DNA from: Selaginella moellendorffii
Lineage: Eukaryota > Plantae > Lycopodiophyta
Assembly: GCF_000143415.4 (NCBI RefSeq)
Contig: NW_003314267.1
Location: forward strand, 3,030,028 to 3,094,027
Direction: 5' to 3'
DNA: 64,000 nt
The notes beneath the pieces were generated by a model that saw only the letters and a list, made by a program, of their open reading frames with translations, was not told where the DNA came from and did no database searches. This document shows positions 33,945-46,200 of the stretch, piece after piece; within the stretch, counting starts at the first letter, position 1, and each line of letters starts with the position of its first letter. The translations under genes and the position numbers were made by a program.

Positions 33945-35003
33945 TGCAGCCCCACCAAAGAAAAAAAAAGAAAGAAGAAAAAAAAGGAGGTGAAGCAACC
34001 AGATCAGAGCTCCAAAATGTGAAAGACGGTACGGTACCTTCATCTTTGTTCCCAAATCTCTGGTGGATTCCTCTTTAGCATCTGGAGCACGAAAGCCAAA
34101 AGAAAAAGGAGGGGATCGAACGCGTCCGCCGAGACGGGATGAAACGTCAAGTTTGCTCTTCTGTTATGGCTTTGTCCTCTGTGTTTGCTTGCTGCTACTG
34201 CAACTACGAGATGGTAAAGGCTGGCAATAAGAAACAAATGCGAAAGGAAGACCATATACATACCGCCACATTTCATGGGAAACTTCAGCTTGCTCTGCTC
34301 CTTAATGCAAACCGATTGATTTCGACTGCTCACTGGTCATATTCTTCTTTGATCTCATCCTCCTCGCCTTCAAGGAGAGAGGAGGTACTTCTCCATTCAT
34401 TGCCAACTACACCAATCAAACAATCCCAATCGGTCAGTGAAGTTTCACGTTTTATCTCAGACTTACTTGTTGCGGTCCGAGACGCAAAGGCGCTTGTCTC
34501 GAATGATGGAACTCGCTGCAACACATTTTCCAGCACTTAAACAAAATGCTGAAGCAATAGAATGATTTCTATCAGTATCGCCAAGAGTGGTGATCCACTC
34601 GACGAGCAAAGAGGCGTCTCTAGAGAATCACCTTTAAGCACTCAACTCGAGAGTTGAGATTTCTTGAAAGCAACAAGCTGACCATGGAGGCTTTCTCCTG
34701 ATAAAAGAAATGATCTAAGGACAGCTTGGTCTTTGTCTCCTGGTAAGGTATCCAACTAAGACTGAATAAAATACTTGAGCTACCTTGCTGTGTTGCGCTA
34801 CTAGAAGTGTACGTAGCTAAAATATCTATCTCGCTGAATGGTGGAATACTCTAGGATGGCTATGTATTTGCTTCTTTCTGCGAACACGATTGATTTCATT
34901 AGTTGCAATAGATTTTAAAAATCGAGACACTGGATAGTGCTTTCCACTCGACAACAAAAAAACATAAAAAGTTTGAGAACAAAAAGCGAGGCTTACTGGC
35001 TAC

Positions 35004-35776
35004 CTAGAGAGCCGAGACGATCTCAAAGCTGTGTGAAACCAGATCGTGTGTGTTTTCGAAAACAAAACTGCCTCGAAACATTGATCCTGCTTCACAGACA
35101 AGAGCTCAGATAAAACAAATACCGTGCACTGCTTACCTTGAAGAAAGTGGGGGTACCAGATGGGATCGTCCTTCCACATTTTGTCTGGGAAAGAAAAATA
35201 AAAAACTAAGAAACCGAACAGTTCCAAAGGTCAATCTTACCGAAGGGGATCTCTTGAGTTAAGAACCAACGAGGGCACATTTCTTCTGTTTCGCAAGGAT
35301 CGCCAACAAAATGCTCGACATGGTAAACATGGACCTAAACATGAACAAAAAGGCGAAGTATTTACACAAGAAAACTCCTGAAAGCCGCCAATCTTACCTC
35401 CCATGGCACTGGCTTGTCGTCGAAATGGAAAGTGAGAATGCCACGCTTGTCCATTTTCGTGGGAGTAATTCCAGCTTCTTCCTCCAGCTACAAAACCAAA
35501 CCACATTAATAAGATTCTCACTTTCTCGTGCCTAAAAAACAGCCCAAACAAACCTCTCTTGCCGCCGCCTGTTCAATCGTCTCCCCGTCCTCTACCTTCC
35601 CACCAAACCCATTGAAATACCCTTCTCCGAACCTACACACGAAAACTTAGATGAGTGCCAGAACCAACAAGCACAAAGCCATACCCGCGCTTCTTCATAC
35701 CAAGAAGAACTCGTCCGTCCTTGTGAACAATGGCCAAAGTCAGAAGCTTCACTTTCGCCTTGGCGGTCATCGCCAT
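35004..35776 (-). CDS. NUDT1: MTH1/NUDT1-type 8-oxo-dGTP pyrophosphatase (Nudix), 6 exons
   Basis: Spliced: [55 protein letters not shown]...ETEEMCPRWF..EIPFDKMWKDDPIWYPHFL...; closely matches animal MTH1 motifs. Confidence 0.88.
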
Positions 35777-36458
35777 AGCAAACAAGAGCTTTCGCCTGAA
35801 TGGACTGCGCCCTACCAAGGGCGAACTCCTCGACTTTGGTGCCGGACAAGCAGAGGGTATCCAAGGAGCCATCATATCTACAAAGATTTAGCCGGCTGCT
35901 GCCCTGGTATCTTACTGGTCCCGTATCGAAAGTTCGTGTTTGCCTCTCTGTCACACATACTATCACGGTCGCAGTCGTCGTAACAGCCAAAGGTCTATCA
36001 CTTTCGAACGTTTCCCAGCATCCACCAACCAAGTAGCCAAATAAGCTAGCTACCTATAGCTTTCTCCATCTCCGGTGTCTCACATTCTCGCAATGCTGTC
36101 GGTCGATCTGATGCTTCGGGGTAGCTTTGAGCTGGGCGGCCATTTCCTCCTATCGAACTATATAGTGATTCGGCTGTTGTTGTCATCAATGTCTTTTATC
36201 TCGGCTCAAAGATGCGGCTCCAACCAACACCACGGGGCCGAAACCAATCCCTCCGTGACAGCCGCCAAGAAGCTTTCAACTGACTCACTGACTGCCCGAG
36301 TAACTCCCGCTACGAAGTTGTGTATCTGTGTAAATGCGTCTTTGTCGTGTGCCTAGACTATCGTTGCGATTTAAAGTGCCACCCAACCCAAAACTGACTG
36401 ACTGCTGTAGTGTTGGAGTGTTTTTTTGTTCTCTGCCACCCCTGTTTTGTTAGTTTCC

Positions 36459-37215
36459 TCAGATCCGCAACAGAAAGATACTTAGCTCGGGTCCCCCAGT
36501 TCCATCCGGATTCATCATGTAAAACGCTTCCGAGTCCTTTGATCCCACCACCCTCTCGAAGCGGGCTCTCATATACATGAGCTCGCCATCAGCCCCTTCC
36601 TCGTCCATTGGCAAAACCCCGGCACCCATCGAAACCGCCTGGACCATCCTCAGTATCTGTAGATCTGAATCGGAGCAAATCCTCCGCAGAGCGTAGCCAC
36701 TCTTCCTGCCGTTGCAGTACATCGTCCACACTTGCTCCAGGAAGAGCTTCCCCCGATTCATCGTCCTCTCGCATTCTAGAGCAATCCTGACAAGCCCGGA
36801 CGCCATCTCTTTCACCAGCGTACTCGTTGGAGTGGTAAGTTCCAGCAGCAGCACCGGAGGTGACTTTGGATCCTCTTGCACCGCGAAGTGGACATGGCCT
36901 TTCCTGTTGCCAAAGAGAGTGCCAGTGACGCGGCTCCCTAGAGCGGAGGACTCGGACGGCCCTCCGGGAAGTGACATCCGGCGGCACGCGATCTGGACGG
37001 GCAGGAAGTGGAAGAAGGAGCGGAAGGCCGAGAAGAGCTTCTTGTGGCGATTGGATGTGGTCCTGGAGAAGGGAAACATGGCCGAGAAGGCCGCGTACTT
37101 GGAAGGATCCCTGGAACTCGGCGAGCTCTCCAGCTTCTTCTGGTCCGATGCTGCGCCATCGCTGCCGCTCTTGGATTTCGACTTGTCCATGGCGATATTC
37201 TCCTCTCCCTTCATC
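36459..37215 (-). CDS. MIZ1: MIZU-KUSSEI 1-like (DUF617) protein; start uncertain
   Basis: RVTGTLFGNRKGHV..LLLEL..LVKEMASGLVRIALECE..WTMYCNGRKSGYA..YMRARFERVVGSKDSEAFYMMNPDG..PELSIFLLRI. Confidence 0.92.
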
Positions 37216-38596
37216 ATCTCGGGAGAGAAATGCGGCGACTGGCAGCCGATCACGACGATTGCCCTTCGATCCCGGAAGAAAACCGACCGAATTCCCTCGA
37301 ACGGACGAAATTCCAGGCACTAAGCGGTGGCAGCTCCCACGCCGACGCGAAATCTAATCTGGGATCCAAGAAACGAGCAAGAATCATCCAGCTCTCTCGC
37401 GAATGCTGCCGATTGCCGATAATCTAGCTAGAACAGTACCAGCGCATCGAGATCGATCGAGGCCGAGGCTCCTCCACTCTTCGTCGTCGTCGCCTCCGCA
37501 AACGCCAATTTAGAGAGGAAATAAAGTACCCTAGCCTTCCATTGACCCCCATGGTTTAGTTAAGCCTTCTTTAGTTAACAGTGCCGTTAAATGACAGCAT
37601 GATGATACATTAGATGGCGTGCATGGATCCGCATGCATGGATAATGATGTTTTGGGCCATGGCCCATTAGGACATCCCATACCATGATCTAACAACAATG
37701 TATAGATTTATCAATAGTATGATCATAGAATTATGTTTTCAAGCACATGCAAGCGTAAGAAGATTCCAATTGTTTAATCAGGCGGGTTGGCTAAGCAACC
37801 AACAATGCTATTAAATCAGACTATTATACACTAGAAGAGCTTTTCTCTCGGCTTTTGGCCTTAGTTTAGAGCCGACGCTTTGTTTTGAGGTGTTTGGAGG
37901 AACACGAGGACGAAAGAGCGGCGAAAAGAAATCCAATGTATGTGCTTCCAATGTTCGTATTTTCTCGCACACTATTCTCTCCCGATGGCTCCCAGCCTTG
38001 TTTTTCTTCGCTTTATACTTTTTATCTAGTGCTGGATTGCACCAAACTCTTTCATGTGCAAGGTCGATCATGTCCAGCATTTAAGCTCCCTTTTTCTTTA
38101 GCAAAAATCCCCATCAGAATTTCCAAACCTATGAGGGTTGATGCCGCAGGGAATCGAACACTGACGGATCCATTCACCCTCACGACATTCCTGCTGCTTG
38201 GATCGAGCATTCAAGAGCTCTTCAGGCATTTGTTAAAACCCATGGTACTGTACCCCTGGAAAAAGTGGTACGGCAACTAGAAAAAATGGAAGCTACGAAG
38301 AAAAAAAGCCCCACGAGGAAAAAACCTGTTTGGTACCACTCGCCTGACTCACTTGTTTTTTAAATGTGTTTTTCTTCTGAATTCTATATTAGTGAAGAAA
38401 AAATATTAAGATCTGGTCAGGAGATGATCTGATCTATATACATTCTAGACGAGCTATAGTTCTGTCCCAGTTTCGTCTTGTCTGCCTAGGCGTGAAGTGA
38501 AGGTTCCTTTTTCCCCATGCTGCGCCTGCGTCCTTTTGTTCCCACACATTTTATGGATTAGTTTATAGGCTCTAAACTATGATAAAAGATTATTAT

Positions 38597-39640
38597 TTAA
38601 ATGTAAAGGCCTTTAACTTTTAAGAAGTGACCTTGCTGAAGTCTGGAAGCCAAGGTGGGCGCAATGTCTCCAAGTAGCATGGCCACCACCCGCGACATGC
38701 AGATCAACGAAATTGTTAGTACCCTCTGCAGCTCTTTCTTTGGGCATGTCTCTGGAACAAGTTTCTCGTCGACAGATCCACCCATCGACGCTCCTCATAT
38801 AGCTCACAAGCCCATGAAAATTCACTTAATAGAGACTTTTACATTCCAGCAGAAATGACTTTGCTACCCGGCCCTCGGCCTTAAGAGACTATTGTTTTCA
38901 AGGAACTCGTAGACAAGAAACTGGTCTTCTCCTCGTTGGAAATGGAGTGAGCTTTTATTTGCAAGCACTTGATGGCAACTGGTCCAATTCTTTGTACATT
39001 TCCCTGATTGATCTCACAACCACAAACCAGATCAAAATAAAGTTAAGTTGTGTTTACCTTGTCAGCTCCCCCTTCCCGTTCTCCAGCCGCATGAAAATTT
39101 GGATGGCAGCAATGCAAAGAGCTGAAATATATCGAGCTTGCAAAAGCTTTTGGTTCATCTAAGCAAATCAAAGAAATGCATGGTAGTAAGAAAGTTTAAA
39201 ACTTATCTCCCTTTTCAATCCGAAAAGACTTGTCAATCCGAATGCCAAGGCAGTCAGAACAGCGATTGATAAAACCTTGAGTTTGTTTGTGGGTTTTGCA
39301 TTTGGAACTGGTGCCTGTTTCACACAAAGCTTGTCAACATCTAAGAAGAAAAACTCACTTGAAGCACTGCATGGGTATCCTCCAAATGCTTTGAGCGCCG
39401 CCAGGTCCACTTCCAAGATAACTCCGCTTGGTCCAACTCCCAGTGATTTCCATCCCGAGATTTGTGAAAATGTCGGACGACCATGCGCAAATTCTGAAGT
39501 TCCAACTGTTGAGTTGTAGAGCACCAAGTTCCAATCCTGCTGGAGCAGGAGATAGCAATTAGGCTGCTCCACCACTTGGCCTCGCACTTGGCCTCCAGGC
39601 TGAAGCCAAATCGTGTTGTTTTTAGCAGTGTTCATGATCC
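38597..39640 (-). pseudogene. Degenerate bulb-lectin receptor-like kinase fragment
   Basis: YLLLQQDWNLVLYN (B-lectin), a TM segment and broken kinase pieces (LVYEFLENNSL; ELQRVLTISLIC..MSRVVAMLLGD). Confidence 0.6.
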
Positions 39641-40759
39641 GGCCGCAAAGGGAGCGAGGATGGAACAAGAGGGTGATGGAGATGCCATCTCTTGGCGATC
39701 GGCGGAAGGCGGAGCCGCCACAGTACGAGAGCTCGGGGTGGATAGTGGCCAGCAAATCGCCCAGTGCGTCCTTGATCACCCCCTTGTCGAATTTTTCCAG
39801 TTGGGCATTCTCTGCAAACAAGTGTAGCGGAGACGCAGCTCTGCGTTTTTCGCTGCACTTGTTTCGAGAGAATGCCCAAGCACACACGATGCCGTTGCGG
39901 TCATCGCGAATGCCATCCTCCAAGCGAGAGTGCTCTAGCTGCAATGCTTTAATTTCATTGCGTATGCAGTTCGGCATCTAGTTGACGGCGAGCTTGACCA
40001 GACCAGTTCCATGCATTTACCCATACGAGGCATCTTTCGTACAGGAAATTACTACTTGTCTTGGTTCACATTGCCGTGCGAATTTCGTTTCGTTTCGTTT
40101 CCTCAACACCACCCAAACTTTATCTAGGACGCAAAATGACAAGGGCAAAAGCAAACTTTAATGTGTGATGGCATGATTGAAACTCTGTTAATTGCCGCAG
40201 TATATTTTGACACATGGTCCGTGATCTTGACTTGGAATTGGTTCAAGAACATTCTCGAGTTGCAAGGATGATTTGTCATGGACGAGCACTTCAAGAGCTT
40301 TTGACTAAATTACCTCGCTTTGTTCTCCTTTGTACTCATACACTTCTGAAAGGAGGCATTTTCCTTGATGATGGCGCTTCCGCGGCCATGGCCATCCATG
40401 TTTCCAGTTGGGCGTGGCATGGGAAATCGAGAAGCCTTGCGATGCATCATAGAGAGGAATTCCGAACATTTCTTCAAACGAAGCACAATGCAGGGACAAT
40501 TTGGTTTTATCTGATTGACGACGTGCTTACAAAGCTACAAAGTCATGCGACTCAAAGATTCTATATCCTTTACAAATGTGCAGCATATGCCTGGGCATTT
40601 TCAAGGCAGGCAGTTACTGCTTGTACTGGTTCACTTGGCCGTGTAATCTTTCACTCTACCTAGTCTAGACCACAACAACCGTTCTCTCCTTTTTGGAGGA
40701 TCAAAGCAGACGGTCCTCTGTGGTATGATAAAAACTCCATTTGTGTTGCATATACCCAA

Positions 40760-42298
40760 GTGTGGGATGTTGGATACATCACGTTTCACTGCTCAGCGAC
40801 CTGATTCGCTTGGACATAACTCTCGACTCACGCCTCCGGAACCACCATCCTCGAAAATTCTTGATAAAGATGGTCTCGAGCATCTGGACGACATTGCTCA
40901 TGCTGGGCCTGTCCGGCTGGATGCACCAGAATGCGACCCGAAGAGCCATCTCAAACTGCTCCCAGTCGATGCTCTTGGCCGTCCTCGGATCTGCTGTGGA
41001 TTTCATGTTTCCCGTTGTGTACTACTCAAATGCCCAGACTGGGAAGTACCAGCGCCCGCTATTCATGGCTGGGGAAGAACATAAACTTGTCCCTTCCGCT
41101 CCCGAGCAGAACCATTCCAAAGCTGTACACGTCTACCTTTGGAGCGATTGCAACCATGCTGATCCACTCCGGCGCCATGTATCCTCGAGTGTCTCTCGCG
41201 GTGGTAACGTTTGCACTGCTCTCTCGCTTCATCAGCTTCGCGAGCCCAAAGTCGGAGACTTTTGGATGGAAGTTGTCGTCGAAGAGGATGTTTTGAGGTT
41301 TGACGTCGCAGTGGATGATGCATTCCTGGCACTGCTGGTGGAGATAAGTGATCCCTCTTGAGATGCTCAAGGCAATTGCCAACCTTGTTTTCCATTTGCA
41401 CAAAGTTTGAGGTATCTGGGAGCTCGCTTCATCCACTTGTAGGCCTGGAGTTTCATTATTCTTCCCATCCTGGTCAGCTTGCCAGGGAACTATTTGCCAT
41501 GTACTCGTAGACAAGCAGCCTGTGGCTTCCTTCGGCACAGTATCCGAGCATTCGAACCAGGCTGATGTGGTGGATTTTTCCCAGTGTTGCATCCTCCATC
41601 ATTAAGTCACTTCACGGCCACCAGAGATGTACCGTCTGCAAGCACTCCTTTGTAAACCGTGCCAAATGCTCCAGCTCCAAGCTTATCTTTGAAATTGTCA
41701 GTCGCTACTTCAAGCTGGTGATACGTGAACTTGGTGACTACTCCATCAACTTGGTCCAGAGCTTGTGACAAGCGCTTAATCCTTTTCTCGGTGTAGAGCC
41801 ACCAGATCACTCCCGCTGCTAGAAACAACAAGAGCTCGGCAGTAGCAATGGCTGCAGGAATGACAAGCTTGAAAGCTTCTCAGACTTGTTTCAGCTTGGC
41901 ATAGCTCTTGACGTTAGTTTCATTTACATAGTCGAGAAGAGCTGATTAAGAGGAGCCTCGGGTCAAACTCTTGAAGCTGTCGAGACCTTGAGGAACACCA
42001 GAGATGTTGGAGGGAATCTGAAAACCATTACATGGAACTGGACCTTTAGTATAACAGGCAGGTGCCATGGCGATCAACTCTGTATACAAAGCTGAGGCAT
42101 CCACAGTCTGTCACAGGGGCATCTGCATCCCTCCAGAGAAGTGGGAGACAGGTCTTTCATGTAATCATTACCATTGTAGCTGGCTCTGTCCACATGCACC
42201 CGGTCATGGTGATTACTTGACCCATTGCAGCAAAGTTGCAACCTTAGTAATGCTCTTGTGGATTGATGAAGTGAAAAGGTGGATCTAGGGGCATATTG
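40760..42298 (-). pseudogene. G-type lectin S-receptor-like kinase (SD2), 3' half, disrupted
   Basis: TM then [29 protein letters not shown]; IIHCDVKPQNIL; DFGLAKL; RGYMAPEW; VAFWCIQ..RPSMSNVVQMLE; frameshifts. Confidence 0.88.
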
Positions 42299-42822
42299 AT
42301 ATTCTTCACAGTAGCCTCAAGAAGCTAAATGAGTTTCATATGAAAGGAGTCCAAAACAATATGGCTATGGAGAAAATATGTGCAAAAAGCAACACTAATG
42401 TTGTAACAAACGGCCATAAAAGAAAAAAAGCAATATAGCTTTCTTTCTTTACAATATGGTCATGGAAATAAAAAAATGAGAATAAAACAAATAGTTCAAA
42501 TTATATAACAATATAGTTATAAAACTCAATTCTCCCCTTCCTTAGGAATGTCATCTAAGTCATAATAAAACATTTTCTTCATATCATCTTTAGTTTCTCA
42601 TGTAGCTTTGTCCATGGAATAACTATTCCATTGAACTAATAACTTTTTAGTTGTCTTTTGGTGTGTTTTCACCAATTTCTGAGCAAGAATATTAGCCAGA
42701 CTAGCCTTCTCAGCATTAATCTCTTGGACTTAGATAATAGACTAATCCATGATATCACTAGAGTGTAAACACACTTCAAACTTGCTTATATGGAACATTG
42801 GATGAGTCTTTGAACTAGTTGG

Positions 42823-43230
42823 TGTCAGGAATCCCTCAATTCTTGCCACATTCTTGACTCTTGCCGGATTCCTGACCCACAGACCACATTCCTGACTTTC
42901 GAGACACTTCCCTATTCCTGACTCTCGAGACACTTCTCTATTCCTGACTCTCGAGACACTTCCCTATTCCTGACTCTTTGATTTCCCGTACAATTCCCGA
43001 GTCTTGAACCACATTCCTGATGATGACATAGCACCTCCTCGACCTCAGCTATATTTAGGCCGTCCTCGATCCAAGAGTGGTGGAGCTTCATCAACCTATA
43101 TATAAGTTAGCCTTGTTCCATTTCTCCACAATCTGAATCAATGTTAATCTAAGGCCATTTCTTTGTTTCTACTAGTTTTTCTCTTTGTCTTCTATATTTT
43201 CCAGTCTTGATTTTGTTGGGGGTCTTGATA
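42823..43230 (+). repeat. 5' LTR (408 bp; three copies of a 26-bp unit)
   Basis: TGTCAGG...CTTGATA; TATA-like tatatataa at 43097-43105. Confidence 0.93.
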
Positions 43231-46200
43231 ATTTGATTCAGATTGTGTTTTTTTGCTTTTGGTTTAGCTTGTTTTGATTGTTTGACTGCTTTTGCCTTTT
43301 TCCCCCTTTTCTTTCTTCTTTGCTAATGGAGTCTCCAAGACATTCTGATTTCTTTGCCAAAGTCCTTGCAAAAATCCAGTCTAAGAATACCAAGCTAAAA
43401 GTGACCCTTCTTCACATGCAATAGGAGCTTGCTTCACTTTTGGCTCAAAGATCAAGCAAAGTTCTTGAACCGAAGGTGAGTTTCCTGCTGAAATTTTCAA
43501 GCAAGCATTTGGAGCTTTGCAGATTCCTGAACCAGATGGAGCTAATCTTCGCACTTCAACATCAGCGGTACCCCACTCCCGAGTCTGAAATCAGTGAGAT
43601 CGGGACATTGTTCAAAGGTGCAGCTTTGTCATTGTTTTCTCCTCTCCTGGAGAAGAGCATGAAAGGGGTTGTGGTTTCGGAGCTGATGGATCTTCAGTTG
43701 TTCAAAGAGAAGCTTGAAGCATGTTTTGGTGAGACGGATCGGGTTTAGGCTGCCACCACAAATATGAGATGTCTCTCTTAGGGGTCTCATCTTGCCTCAA
43801 TATATGCTACAGAGTTTCAACTCCTTGCCTTGGACACTTAGTGGGATGAGCAGGCCTTGATTGATTAATTTTGTTTCGGCCTCAACAACGGTGTCAAAAA
43901 TTTGTTGCTCACCATGGAGGATCCTACGGACCTGTCGGACGCCATCAACAAAACTATTTGATGCGACAATCGTCTCTTTGAACATCATCAAGAAAGTCGC
44001 CGCACTGCCATTTTCCCATCCCAAACTCAGGAATCCCAACTTGAGTCTTTGGGACATACTCTTGAACCTATTGCTCTGGTCCCAATGGATATTTTTGGTA
44101 CTTCCCAACTCATCAAAGGGAAGTTGAGTCTTGTTGAGAAGCAACGTCGAGTATCTCATAATCTTTGCCTCTACTGTGCTGATCCTAATCATAAAGCAAC
44201 TATATATCCTAAGAAGCCTCCCCAACTGCTCGAGTTCACTCTGCCTCAAGGTCCACCTCTATTGCAATTGGGAAACGACCCTGTCTAAACAAAGTAGGAG
44301 GTGTCTGTTTGGACTCCCCAAATAAAAATCACTTTTCTTCTTTATCATGCTCTTCACCACCTTTCATCAAAGCCACCACTAATTCCCACAACTTCCGCAT
44401 CCCATATCTCCTTTCTTTCACTGGACAATCAGGACTCAAGGCTCTGGTGCTACTAGATTCGGGTGCAACTTCCTATTTCATGGACATGGACTTTGCTGCC
44501 CGACATCACATTCCTTTTTTTCCTACCATACAGGATTTGAGGGTTGAAGGCATCAGTTGACATTTTGTGTCTCCATCTTCTGGACTTAAGGAAACATTAC
44601 GTTCGAGTACACATTGGGTCCACCATTATTGATATTGCCTTCAACATTATCAACAACAAGTCCTCCTCTATGGTGCTCGGCCTTCCTTGGTTCCAACTGC
44701 ACCAACTACAGATCTGTTGGAAGGAATTATAGCTCATCTCTCCCACGTCACCATCTCCCACATCTTCCCTTGCTGTTCATCGAGTCTGAATTAGGAAAAA
44801 TTCCCTAAACTCAAATTGGGGTTCTATTCTTGACTCTACGAAGTTTTCACCCTCTTCTTTTCCCTCTCTTCCATCTTACACTGATAGTATCCTTGCTTCA
44901 TCATTCCATTCAATCGTACGCCTCCTCCTATCTCCACAATAACTATGAAAGAACTCTTTCATGAAGAACCTATTTTCCTTTTTGCTTTGCATGTTTCTCC
45001 TGTTAGTCTTCCTGAGAAGTATCATGATTTTGGGGATGTGTTTGACAAGAAAAAAGCTAGTGTACTGCCTGTTCATCAGCCTTACAATTGTTCCATTAAT
45101 TTACAGGAAGGAGCGTCACCTCCGTGGGGGCCTATCTACGGGTTATCCCCATTTGAGCTTAAGGCCCTCAAAGAGTACATGGACAAGAACCTTGCCTCAG
45201 GGTACATTTAGCATTCACAATCCCCGGCTGAAATGCTTGTCTTCTTTGTCGAGAAGAAAGATGGGAGTTTATGGCTAGTCATTGACTATCGAGGTTTGAA
45301 CAAGGTGACTGTTCGGAACTGTTATCTGCTGCCCCTGATCTCAGACCTGTTGGAACGCCTCAACGGTGCCCGCTTCTTCATCAAGATCAACTTCCGTGGA
45401 GCATACAACCTGATCTGGATCTGGCTTGGCGATGAATGGAAGACTGCATTCCAAACCTACTATGGCCACTTCAAGTACACTGTTATGCCGTTTGGCTTGA
45501 CAAATGCTTCAGCAGTTTTCCAACATATGGCAAATGATGTCTTTTGGGAGTTTCTTAATCAAATGGTGATCGTCTACCTTGACGACATCCTTATCTACTA
45601 AAAAACTCAGGAGGAGCACAACAAGTATGTGCGCAAGGTGTTGGCAAAGCTGCGGGAACACAGCCTATACGCGAAGCTTGAGAAATGTTCCTTTGATCAG
45701 GAGTCTGTGGAGTTCCTTGGGTACATTGTCACTCTTGAGGGTATCATGATGGATCCTATCAAAGTCAAGACTATTTTGAATGGGAGCCTCCACAATTAAT
45801 GTCGAATGTTCAGGTTTTCCTTGGCTTCGCCAACTTCTACCACAAATTCATTGATCACTACTTTGACATTGTCTTTCCTCTCACACATCTCACTTGCAAG
45901 GATGTTCCCTTCTCTTGGTCTACTGTTGCCCAGTAGGCCTTTGACACACTCAAGGCGGCCTTCAATTCTGCTCCCATCTTGATCCATGCTAATCCCTCAC
46001 AACCTTTCTTCATCGAGGTGGATGCCTCTCACTTTGCCATCGGTGCTGTGTTGTCTCAACTCGAAGCAGATCAGGAATTTCATCCGGTCGCTTTCCATTC
46101 TTGGAAATTCCAACTTACAGAGATCAATTACAAAATCCATGACAAGAAGCTCCTTGCCATTGTGGATTCCTTTGGAGAGTGGCGCCATTTCTTGGAGGGG

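Noticed and set aside
42823-43020. CRISPR-like repeats
   Set aside because: Tandem units within an LTR, with no unique spacers or cas genes, in a eukaryotic context.
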